Shown here: in pieces, positions 20,601 to 31,291 of the stretch
How positions within the stretch are numbered: position 1 is the stretch's first letter
How the letters are laid out: each line of letters opens with the position of its first letter
Assembly (NCBI GenBank): GCA_963705105.1
Contig: CAVPIW010000007.1
Location: forward strand, 292,715-356,714
From: an uncultured Nitrospiraceae bacterium
Lineage (GTDB): Bacteria > Nitrospirota > Thermodesulfovibrionia > Thermodesulfovibrionales > Dissulfurispiraceae
Length of the DNA stretch: 64,000 nt
Direction: 5' to 3'
The notes under the pieces: generated by a model
Told to the model about the DNA's origin: nothing
The model's input: the letters and a program-made list of their open reading frames with translations, nothing else
Databases searched by the model: none
Position numbers and translations under genes: made by a program

Positions 20601-21290
20601 GATATTCCCCGTGCAGCGTTGGATGGATTCGGTGTAGAGGGCGATGGGCACGCTCAGATAGGCATCGATGACGGTGCTCTGTCCCCTCGTCACGATCTTG
20701 ATGAGGCTCAGCGTCCGGTGGGAGAGAAAAACGGGGTTGAATCCACGCGCTTCCAGGAGCCTGCCGCAGAGGATTTCGTGGACGGGGTTCTTCCATGCGT
20801 GCATCGACACGACGGCAACGGCATCGATGTCCATCGTCCCGAGGCGGTCGATGTGGGTGATGATATTCTTTTCGTCAAGGGGCGTCACGACGTCACCCTT
20901 GCCGTTGATCCGCTCATCCATCTCGAAGACGGCGGCATAGAGAGGCTCCGGCTTTCTGATGCAGAGACTGAACAGGTCCGGCCTCGTCTGATACCCGATA
21001 TCGAGGATGTCCCCCAGTCCGGCGGTGATGAACAGGGCGACCCTGCTCCCCTTTCTTTCAAGGAAGGCGTTGGTGGCGACGGTCGTGCCGAACCTGATGG
21101 CTTCGATTTTGTCCTCCGGCAGCGGCTCGCCGGGGCTGGTGCCGAGGATGCGCCGGATGCCCTCTATGGAGGGGTCGCCGTACTCGGGGGATCGGGAGAG
21201 GAGCTTGAGGGTGTGATAGGAGCCGTCAGGATCGACGCCGATGATGTCCGTGAAGGTGCCGCCCTGGTCGACGGCGAATTTCCATTTCAT
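17667..21290 (-). CDS. 5-oxoprolinase / hydantoinase A+B fusion
   Basis: DQGGTFTD, GTTVATNA, DMGGTSTDV, NIKERLDFSCA, HIPVHLGSM, TPGGGGWG. Confidence 0.92.
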   Translation of the reverse strand: MKWKFAVDQGGTFTDIIGVDPDGSYHTLKLLSRSPEYGDPSIEGIRRILGTSPGEPLPEDKIEAIRFGTTVATNAFLERKGSRVALFITAGLGDILDIGYQTRPDLFSLCIRKPEPLYAAVFEMDERINGKGDVVTPLDEKNIITHIDRLGTMDIDAVAVVSMHAWKNPVHEILCGRLLEARGFNPVFLSHRTLSLIKIVTRGQSTVIDAYLSVPIALYTESIQRCTGNIRIEFMESSGRLTGAGRFRGKAALLSGPAGGVVAVAGIAGRRGIGEAIGFDMGGTSTDVSRFDGEFLLRPDQVLGGLEFRTEMLGINTVASGGGSILWFDGQKMRVGPESAGADPGPACYGFGGPLTITDANVMTGRVAGEFFPKTFGRDRKSPVDIAAVRQGFQKLTDRINTDLGRSDTPVGTALGFLQIADEKMAMAIREVSVSKGYDVTKHVLVCFGGAGGQHACGIASSLGIRRILIHPLGSLLSAYGMGLAKQAWTSSLSVLRPYTPQSHGDLARSFLALEETMVNDHGLSARRLLRKRMLDLRPLGTDMSLSVECRDYDQTAESFRQRYRRTFGFSPGDGVIEVENIRVELEAEEEFFPPYRHDRLHGGEGAGPVTWQTVAVPEGEVLAPVFLRETAPAGETINGPALIVDAHTTVVVDPGFTAVIDESAMITIDMVAQGTVTALREHAAPDPVLLEVFNNLYMNIASEMGHVLRNTSCSVNIKERLDFSCALFDGRGDLVANAPHIPVHLGSMADTVKAVLARYGSDMQPGDLFLTNNPYRGGSHLPDMTVVCPFFLDGEGPLAFTAARGHHADIGGIVPGSLLPEARHIDEEGVLIDPMRVARGGTFFAERLARLLTDSPYPARNISERLLDVQAQMAACLKGARDLAGAIAKYGTETVTHYMKHIQDNGAMMVRQGLARFLGPGNIFEGTFGDRLDDGSPIMVRIVISGGSDPPGTVQATIDFSGTGPQHDADSLNAPLPVTRSAVLYVLRTIAGTDIPLNSGCLRPVRIIAPEGTILNPRFPAPVSTGNVETSQRIVDVLLGALGLAAASQGTMNNLLFQVEGDTPYYETIAGGSGATEGCAGASGVQVHMTNTRMTDPEILEYRHPGVLLKRFMLRRGSGGRGLFPGGDGLAREIAFLKPARVVIISERRRTEPYGLEGGQPGARGMNLLRRADGRIVGLPHRVTLELEAGDAVVIETPGGGGWGKG

Positions 21291-21306
21291 GGCATGAAAC
21301 GGGAGG

Positions 21307-22200
21307 CTACACGAGTCTGCGGCTGATGAGGGGCTCGAGCGTAGCTATGATCTTTCCCTTGTTGAAAATGGACACCCTTCCGGTGCTCTCGGAAACGACG
21401 ATTGCGACGGCGTCGGTGATCCGCGAAATGCCCGCGGCAGAACGATGGCGCGCGCCGAGTCCCCTCAGGCTTTTCGAAATATGTCCGGACACGTCGAGGT
21501 GACGCCCTGCCGCCTCGACAACGCCGTCATCGGATATGACGACAGCACCGTCGAGCTTGGAGAGCTCCTTGATGCTCTCGACGACCTCGGGCCGTGTGAT
21601 CATGCGCTCGTCCCGGTCGTACCCTTTGAAGGGATTGAAGACGGTCTGATGAGACGATCTCATGACGTTTTCCGTATCGCCGATGACGAAGGCGGTGCCG
21701 AGAGGCTTGCCTTCCCGACCCAGAGCCCCGATGTCGAGGGCGATGTCGACGACGGCCATGATCGTGTGAAAGGCCCTGTTTTCCATGAGAGGCTGGACCT
21801 CGAAAGGAAACTCTTCGCTCCAGGAGTGGGCGAGGTCATGGATGGTGATGGTGTCGAGATGACATCTGCCGTACGGGCCAAGGACGCAGACGACCTTGCT
21901 GTCGGGCCTGATGATGCCGTGGAGAACGCCGTTCATAAATGCGTACTTGATCCGGGAAAACCTGCTCTGGTTCCCGGACCAGCTCTTCAGGACCGTGGCG
22001 CATTCCGGAATGGCTTCATTGCCTGTCAGGGTCAGATAGGTGGGGATGACGATGACGATGAGATCTTTTTCGATGATGCCGCACTTTATGAACCACCTGC
22101 ATTCCGACGGGGTGCTCGTGAAAAGGAAGACCCTTTCGCACCCTGTCTTTTTCGCCAGGTCAAGAGCGCTCTCGATGATGAAAAGACGCTGATCCTTCAT
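21307..22200 (-). CDS. Diadenylate cyclase (DisA_N/DAC domain, DacZ-like N-terminus)
   Basis: ELSKLDGA and GLGARHRSA catalytic motifs, VVSESTG. Confidence 0.85.
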   Translation of the reverse strand: MKDQRLFIIESALDLAKKTGCERVFLFTSTPSECRWFIKCGIIEKDLIVIVIPTYLTLTGNEAIPECATVLKSWSGNQSRFSRIKYAFMNGVLHGIIRPDSKVVCVLGPYGRCHLDTITIHDLAHSWSEEFPFEVQPLMENRAFHTIMAVVDIALDIGALGREGKPLGTAFVIGDTENVMRSSHQTVFNPFKGYDRDERMITRPEVVESIKELSKLDGAVVISDDGVVEAAGRHLDVSGHISKSLRGLGARHRSAAGISRITDAVAIVVSESTGRVSIFNKGKIIATLEPLISRRLV

Positions 22201-22326
22201 GGTTTCTATGATACCACAGCACAGGACGGAATCCGCACTTTCCGCTCACTGACACTGACACTCACACTGTCACTGAATGCAGACTTGCGTGATGCCCCTG
22301 TCTTGAATTACATTTATAAAATAATT

Positions 22327-25020
<2,694 letters not shown>

Positions 25021-25024
25021 GAAA

Positions 25025-25407
25025 TCATCGTGGTTGCATGAAAAGGCGGGGCGAAGCATTCTGAAAACAGTGTGAGTGTGAGTGTCACTGCCGCTGCCGA
25101 CGGGAAGGCAGATATGATTCAAAGCCTTTCCAATGCGATGATGAGGCATCTCAAGGTGTTCGGTGCCTGTTGCCTGACGGACGTTTGTTTTCAATCGACA
25201 CGGCAAAGGGTGGTCTGGGGATACAAGAGGGTATCTTAGCGGACAGGCTTTTCATCACATCAGCCTTCCCGTCGTGACGTACGTGGTTTTGTTCCCATTG
25301 TCGACTGTCGTTCAATGACTTAGTGACTTAATGACTCAATGACTTAATGACTTTTCTAGGTGGTCTTCACCCCGCCTTTCCGGAGGTCCTGTCGCACCGG
25401 TTAAGGA
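25025..25407. repeat. Palindromic intergenic element E4 (type A end joined to a type B interior)
   Basis: gttgcatgaaaaggcggggcgaagc...hexamers...cgggaaggcagatat...cagccttcccg...octamers...caccccgcctttccggaggtcc. Confidence 0.9.
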
Positions 25408-25506
25408 TACTGAAAGACGGGGATTATTTTAAGAACCGATGATAAGCTATAATGAATGTCAGGCATTGTTGCCCCTGGCAAGAAGAATATCCGATCGGAG
25501 GAAGGA

Positions 25507-26178
25507 ATGAAGGGAAAGACCATTTTGATTACCGGCGCCAGTTCCGGCATCGGCAGGGCGAGCGCACTCCGCTTCGCTTCGGAACGCGCGAACCTGATTC
25601 TCACCTATAAGAAAAAGAAGGTCGAAGGCGAGGACACGGAGCGGCGCTGCAGGGAGGCCGGTTCCTCGGAGACCCTCCTGCTGAAGATGGATGCGCTGAA
25701 AGATGCGGACATCGCAGCGGCCGTTGAGGCGGTGAAGAAATCCTTCGGTACCGTCGACATTCTGATCAATAACGCCGGCACCAATATCCTGAAGACCTTC
25801 AGTGAAATCACGGGAAACGACATTGAACTCCAGCTTCGCACGAACCTTGAAGGGCTGATCAAAATCACTCATGCCTTTCTCCCCATCGTCAGAGAGGGGA
25901 TCATAAATATCGGGAGTTTTCTCGGCAAGAATCCCTCCGAGGATTTTGCGGTCTACTGCGCGTCGAAATACGGTGTTCGCGGTTTCACCCAGGCCCTTGC
26001 GCTGGAGTATCCCAAGCTGAAGATCTGCTGCTTCAACCCGGACATGACGGCGACGCCGCTGACGGGTTACCAGGGAAGATCGCCCGAGAAGGTGGCGGAC
26101 CTCCTGTACCGGACCGCAGCAGGAGAAATAGCCTGTGCTGACGGCGGAGACGTCGACGTCTGGGTTTTGGATAAATAG
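25507..26178 (+). CDS. Short-chain dehydrogenase/reductase
   Basis: TGASSGIG, NNAG, YCASK. Confidence 0.9.
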   Translation: MKGKTILITGASSGIGRASALRFASERANLILTYKKKKVEGEDTERRCREAGSSETLLLKMDALKDADIAAAVEAVKKSFGTVDILINNAGTNILKTFSEITGNDIELQLRTNLEGLIKITHAFLPIVREGIINIGSFLGKNPSEDFAVYCASKYGVRGFTQALALEYPKLKICCFNPDMTATPLTGYQGRSPEKVADLLYRTAAGEIACADGGDVDVWVLDK

Positions 26179-26211
26179 GGTGCTGTTTATACACTCACAG
26201 AGTTGAAGTGT

Positions 26212-26488
26212 ACCTTTCTGTTGCATGAAAAGGCTGGGCGAAGCGCTCTGAAAAACAGTGTCAGTGACAGTGTGAGTGTCAGCAAAAGTTCACATTTTTT
26301 CAGCCGGCGGCCTGAAATAGCTTCATCGATGTCGGGCGTTCGGGGAACGGCCCCTACACTATTTCATCCTTATGTGTCATCGACCATTGGCGTATAGTTC
26401 ATCTCTCGCTTTGATACAGGTGTCGCCGCATCAAGGTTTTCGGCGCATTCACCCAGCCTTTCCCGCAAGTGCATTGCAACGATGAGGT
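26212..26488. repeat. Palindromic intergenic element E5 (type A; inverted relative of E7; contains a REP at 26334-26357)
   Basis: acctttctgttgcatgaaaaggc...tgcattgcaacgatgaggt; abuts the stop codon at 26489. Confidence 0.9.
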
Positions 26489-27307
26489 CTACCTGACGAT
26501 GGGAGACCGGTCTGCGCTGAAGGGATTGAGCCGGACGGCGAGAGAGAAGAGATAGGGATAGTTTTTCTTGAGGTATTCCAGGTAATCCACCCACTGTCGT
26601 GCCATCAGGCCGTAGACCCTCTTGACGTCATGGGCGAGATGATCGAGGTCGGTTTTCGGAAGATCCGAGAAATCGGACCGGTGAATGAGCTCCTCCTTCA
26701 GGTGGAGCACCGCCCTCATCAGCTCCGAGAAGGCCTCGTGTTCGAGAAGATAGGGATTTTGAAGGATCCTGAGGAAGAGCGGTGTGTTGTCACGGAGAAA
26801 GGTGCGGAGATTCGGCATGTCGATGTGGCGGACATCGACTGTAAAGGAATGACCCTTCATCCTTGTACGCACCCTTTCGAAGTCCGCCTCTGACCACTGG
26901 GGTTTCACGCTGAGCTCTTCGCGGATGTCCTGCACGTGAAGGTCCGCCGCGGCAAAAGACGAGAGCAGGTCCGTGCCGACCTCGCCGTAAAACAGTTCGA
27001 TCACCATGTTGATCTTCTCCCGCCTGAGCAGCCGCTCCCTCCGTTTCAGCAGCATGTCCGTCGTACTGGCAAAGAAGGCGAGGAATGTGCCGACGCCGAG
27101 GATGATGACGAACATGGCAAGCAGCTTTCCTTCGCGGCTGAGCGGGTGAATGTCGCCGTACCCCACTGTGGCGAGGGTGACCACCGTGAAATAGACGGCA
27201 TCGGCGGGATGGAGGTGCTCGATATAGGTGAAACCGACGGTGCCGATGAGCAGGATGGCGACCAGCAGGAGCGAGAATATCTTTAGTCTGAAGCCGTCGG
27301 TGTCCAT
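26489..27307 (-). CDS. Potassium channel family protein (2TM pore)
   Basis: TLATVGYGD selectivity filter flanked by two TM helices. Confidence 0.9.
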   Translation of the reverse strand: MDTDGFRLKIFSLLLVAILLIGTVGFTYIEHLHPADAVYFTVVTLATVGYGDIHPLSREGKLLAMFVIILGVGTFLAFFASTTDMLLKRRERLLRREKINMVIELFYGEVGTDLLSSFAAADLHVQDIREELSVKPQWSEADFERVRTRMKGHSFTVDVRHIDMPNLRTFLRDNTPLFLRILQNPYLLEHEAFSELMRAVLHLKEELIHRSDFSDLPKTDLDHLAHDVKRVYGLMARQWVDYLEYLKKNYPYLFSLAVRLNPFSADRSPIVR

Positions 27308-27312
27308 ATTTT

Positions 27313-27948
27313 ACCTTGCAGGTGCGTGAAAAGGCGTGGCGAAGCGCCTCAATGCCTTGCTGAAGGCGACGATGATCATTCCAAGTTCGTTTATCATGAT
27401 TTCATCCCACACGTTGTTGCCCTCCGGGAAGGCAGATATGATTCAAAGCCTTTCCAATGCGATGATGAGGACCATTTTGGGCAGATGCACCGAAAGGCGG
27501 GGCAAAGCGCCTCAAAGCCTCGCTGATAGCGAGCATGGTTTTTTATTATTGGATTTTAACGATTTCATCCTTTGTATCATCAACAGTTGTGCTTCCATAC
27601 TCTCAACGGGACGGCAGCGGTTTCGCAGCACCGATGCTATTCGGCGCATCCCTCCCGCCTTTCGGCTGGGCGTATTAGGCAATGTGTACATCTCCGGGTG
27701 TTCAGCGCCTGGTGCCTGACGGGCTTTTGATATCAATGGACACGGCAAAGGGTGGTCTGGTGATGTATAAGGTATCTTAGCGGAAAGGCTTTTCACCACA
27801 TCAGACTTCCCGTCGTGACGTACGTGGTTTTGTTCCCATTGTCGACTGTCGTTCAATAACTTAGTGACTCAATGACTTAATGACTCAATGACTATTACGT
27901 TGGCATCTTCGCCCCGCCTTTCCCGGGGACGCATGTAACGATGAGGGT
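27313..27948. repeat. Palindromic element E6 (type B) with a nested family member at about 27471-27687
   Basis: Reverse complement of E8 except for an insert in gatgatgag|acatctc that itself has gaaaggcggggc...cccgcctttc ends. Confidence 0.9.
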
Positions 27949-28041
27949 CAAGTCATTATAGCATGACAGCGGAGCGGAGGGAGCGGGGGCGATGAGAGTC
28001 CGAGGGGGATCGACGCTCTCATCGCCCTCCGCTTGCGGGAA

Positions 28042-28485
28042 CTACTTGTAGTATCCGACTGCGCAGACCTGATCGCCGACCTTGGTGTAATAGACGACCT
28101 TGTCGACCGGCTCGGCCTGTCCGGGGCGGGGCCACTTGTATCCCATTTCGCCCATGGCGCCCTCTTTGGCCTTCTCATACATTTCGGCGCCGATGGGCTT
28201 GCCCGCCTTATCCTTGAGGTCCTTCAGGCTCTTGCCGACCAGGGTCGGGTGGGCCGTGAAATTCCCGTCCGGACCGCCGCAGTAAGGATAGAGGTCCCTG
28301 TCCTTGAATCCGCCCTCGCCCTTGGTGAACATCGCCAGGGCCGCGGCCTTGTCTTTCTTCAGCGCTGCAACGGCTTTTTCGAGCATCGCCTTGGCCTCGG
28401 CCGGCGTCCCGTATTCCGCGGCCCAGACGGAAACAGCAATTAAGAGAACAGGCAATACGAGAATCAGAAAGAATTTTCTTGTCAT
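28042..28485 (-). CDS. Exported single Cache-domain protein
   Basis: Signal peptide; EAKAMLEKA...FKDRDLY...AHP.LVGK...D..GK...YKWP.P...K; RBS AGGAGGAG. Confidence 0.85.
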   Translation of the reverse strand: MTRKFFLILVLPVLLIAVSVWAAEYGTPAEAKAMLEKAVAALKKDKAAALAMFTKGEGGFKDRDLYPYCGGPDGNFTAHPTLVGKSLKDLKDKAGKPIGAEMYEKAKEGAMGEMGYKWPRPGQAEPVDKVVYYTKVGDQVCAVGYYK

Positions 28486-29020
28486 CAAGTCTCCTCCTTA
28501 GTTTCATGGTATGCGTGATCATGCGGGGTTAGTGAAGCAGCCACCCATAAGATGACAATCCGAAAGAATAACGATCCCCCTCTGTAATTCAGTGTCAGTG
28601 ACAGTGTGAGTGTCGGTACATGACTCATTGACCCGGAAATTAAACAGATGACCTGTTTTGTATTTTGTCATTCCGGCTTGCCCGGAATCCTTCCTTGTTT
28701 TCAAAAGGATTGCCGACGCGCGGAGCCTGTCCCTGCTTGACTGGGGCTTGCGGCAACAACACTATTAGAGTTTTTTGCCGGAGTAATAATTCCTCAATTC
28801 CTCGCAGCGGATGAAATCCATCCTGCGCCCCATTGTAGCAATTTTATGCAATAAGTCTGCCATGGGGAGGCGGAATCGGAATTCAGGAAAAGCAACAGGA
28901 AAGCGGCCCTGACATGCCTGAAGACATCAGAGAGTCGTTACTTTTTGTTACGTCGTTGTATAGAATAACCTACATTATCAGTGTCAGTGTGAGTGACAGT
29001 GCGAGTGCGGGAGACAGTGA

Positions 29021-29299
29021 ACCTTATCGTTGCAATACACGCCCGGGAAAGGCGGGGCGCATGCGCCGAAAACCTTGCTGCGGCGACACCGTAAACCTCA
29101 CAGAAGACAACCTTTCAGGCCAATGGTCGATCACACAAAGAGTAGAATCCTGTAGGGGCCGTTCCCCGAACGGCCCGACATCGATGAAGCTATTTCAGGC
29201 CGACGGCTGAAAAAGGTGAACTTTTTGCTGACACTCACACTGTCACTGACACTGTATTGCAGAGGCGCTTCGTCACGCCTTTCTATGCGACTGCAAGGT
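29021..29299. repeat. Palindromic intergenic element E7 (type A, full length)
   Basis: accttatcgttgcaat...gggaaaggcggggcg ... cgtcacgcctttctatgcgactgcaaggt; hexamer tracts on both flanks. Confidence 0.9.
29152..29176 (+). repeat. GTAG-type REP
   Basis: GTAG foot followed by GGGCCGTTC-CCC-GAACGGCCC stem; inverted copy at 26334-26357. Confidence 0.75.
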
Positions 29300-29361
29300 G
29301 AAAAACTGCACAAGTCAGTGTGAGTGACAGTGAACTATATTTCAATAAAAGAGGTGGAACA

Positions 29362-29931
29362 ATGGAGAGAACAGTCGTGTATTTCGAAAAGACGGGCAAG
29401 GAAAACACGGAGGCATGCCTCGATGTGGTGAGGGAAGCCGTCCGGGAGCGGGGTTTCAGACATGTCGTCGTGGCATCGACCTGGGGAGACACGGGGCTCC
29501 TCTTTGCGGAGGCCCTGCGGGATGCGGATGTGCGTCTCGTCGTCGTCACCCATTGCGCCGGCTTCGCATCGCCGAATGCCCTCGAAATGAGCCTTGAAAC
29601 ACGGCAGGAGATCGAGGCTGCCGGGGCGGTCGTGTACACGGGGACGATGATAACCCACAGCCTGGAAACTGCCTTTGCCATGAAGTTTCAGGGGATGTAC
29701 CCCACCCTCATCGTCGCAAACACCCTGAGAGTGTTCGGCCAGGGGACCAAGGTCTGCTGCGAGATCGTCATGATGGCGACCGATGCGGGACTTGTCCCCG
29801 AGGGCGACAAGGTGCTCGCCGTCGCGGGGACGGCAAGGGGGGCGGACACGGTCCTCCTCATGAGGTCTGCGGCGTCGAAGCGGTTTTTCGACCTCAAAGT
29901 GCTTGAGGTGCTTGCAAAGCCGGGAGAATAG
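29362..29931 (+). CDS. Pyruvate kinase C-terminal (alpha/beta) domain-like protein
   Basis: YFEKTGKENT...VVVASTWGDTG...VVTH...FGQGTKVCCEI..MA.DAG...GTARGADT. Confidence 0.8.
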   Translation: MERTVVYFEKTGKENTEACLDVVREAVRERGFRHVVVASTWGDTGLLFAEALRDADVRLVVVTHCAGFASPNALEMSLETRQEIEAAGAVVYTGTMITHSLETAFAMKFQGMYPTLIVANTLRVFGQGTKVCCEIVMMATDAGLVPEGDKVLAVAGTARGADTVLLMRSAASKRFFDLKVLEVLAKPGE

Positions 29932-29984
29932 GCCCCGGTATCCTCAATTTGCAGGCATCAGGTCCTTTCGGTTACAATGAGAAC

Positions 29985-30797
29985 ATGAAAGCAAAAGCCA
30001 TTAAAACAGAACAGTATCTGATTGAAAAGGAGCCCTATTATCTCCCCCAGGGCAAGGAAGTGGAACTCTTTGAGAGTGTATACAGAAACAAAATCCCCGT
30101 TCTTCTCAAAGGACCGACGGGATGCGGCAAGACACGATTCATGGAATACATGGCGTGGAAGCTCAGGAGACCCCTCATCACCGTGTCCTGCCACGACGAC
30201 CTCACCGCCTCCGACCTCGTGGGAAGGTACCTCGTCAAGGGCGGGGAGACGGTGTGGGTCGACGGTCCCCTCACCCGTGCCGTCAAGGTCGGCGGTTTCT
30301 GCTACCTTGACGAGATCGTTGAAGCCCGCAAGGATACGACGGTGGTGATCCATCCCCTCGCTGACGACAGGAGGATCCTGCCGATCGAAAAGCGCGGAGA
30401 AGTCCTCAAGGCGCCCCCCGAATTCCTCCTCTCCGTCTCGTACAATCCCGGCTACCAGAGTGTTTTGAAAGACCTCAAGCAGAGCACCCGCCAACGGTTT
30501 GTCGCCCTCGAATTCACATACCCGAAGAAGGAGCTCGAGATCGAGATCATCGTCCATGAATCGGACGTCGCGGAGGCCGTTGCGGAGAAGATCGTCAACT
30601 TCGGCAAGAAGACGCGGAACCTCAAGGACAGGGGACTGACCGAGGGAGCGAGCACCCGTCTGCTCATCCATGCGGCGAAGCTCCACATGTCCGGGATCGA
30701 CATTCAGACGGCCTGCAGCGTCGCCATATCGGAGCCTCTCACCGACGACCACGAGATGCTGGCGGCCCTTGACGAGATCGCACAGTCCGTATTCTGA
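29985..30797 (+). CDS. CbbQ/NirQ/NorQ family AAA+ ATPase
   Basis: GPTGCGKT, CHDDLTASDLVGR, YLDEIVEAR, DLKQSTRQRF, STRLL. Confidence 0.93.
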   Translation: MKAKAIKTEQYLIEKEPYYLPQGKEVELFESVYRNKIPVLLKGPTGCGKTRFMEYMAWKLRRPLITVSCHDDLTASDLVGRYLVKGGETVWVDGPLTRAVKVGGFCYLDEIVEARKDTTVVIHPLADDRRILPIEKRGEVLKAPPEFLLSVSYNPGYQSVLKDLKQSTRQRFVALEFTYPKKELEIEIIVHESDVAEAVAEKIVNFGKKTRNLKDRGLTEGASTRLLIHAAKLHMSGIDIQTACSVAISEPLTDDHEMLAALDEIAQSVF

Positions 30798-30873
30798 GAA
30801 GACAGTGTGAGTGTGAGTGACAGTGTCAGTGAAATGCCTGCAAAGTCAATTCCTGACGAAAAGTGAGAGTGTC

Positions 30874-31279
30874 AGCGTATCGTTGCATACGCCCTCCCGA
30901 AAGGCGGGGCGAAGATGACAACGTAATAGTCATTAAGTCATTGAGTCACTAAGTTATTGAACGACAGTCGACGGTGGGAACAAAACAACGTACGTCACGG
31001 CGGGAAGGCTGATGTGGTGAAAAACCTTTCCGCTAAGATACCGTATACATCACCAGACCACCCTTTGCCGTGTCCATTGACATCATAAGCCCGTCAGGCA
31101 ACAGGCGCTGAACAGCTTGAGATGTCTCATCATCGCATTGGAAAGGCTTTGAACCATATCTGCCTTCCCGGAGGGCAACAACGTGTGGGATGAAATCATG
31201 AAAAACGAACTTAGAATGATAATCTTCGCCTTCAGCAAGGCATTGAGGCGCTTCGCCACGCCTTTCTTACGTCACAGGT
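30874..31279. repeat. Palindromic intergenic element E8 (type B, full length)
   Basis: atcgttgcata...gaaaggcggggcg, octamers, internal inverted repeat cgggaaggc/gccttcccg, cgcttcgccacgcctttc end; sits between the cbbQ-like and cbbO-like genes. Confidence 0.9.
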
Positions 31280-31291
31280 TTGGTAAATAGC

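Noticed and set aside
21445..22326. N-terminal extension of the P-type ATPase (1191-aa ORF call)
   Set aside because: It is antisense to the DAC gene; ATPase similarity starts near 22327-22339.
27336..27856. Small ORFs inside the palindromic elements (also at 11541, 24814, 26203, 28914)
   Set aside because: Frames are broken by stops and indels between copies; no RBS or recognisable domain.
28667..28750. REP-like hairpin gtcattccggcttgcccggaatcc
   Set aside because: Single degenerate copy in the window; cannot be supported as a family from this sequence alone.
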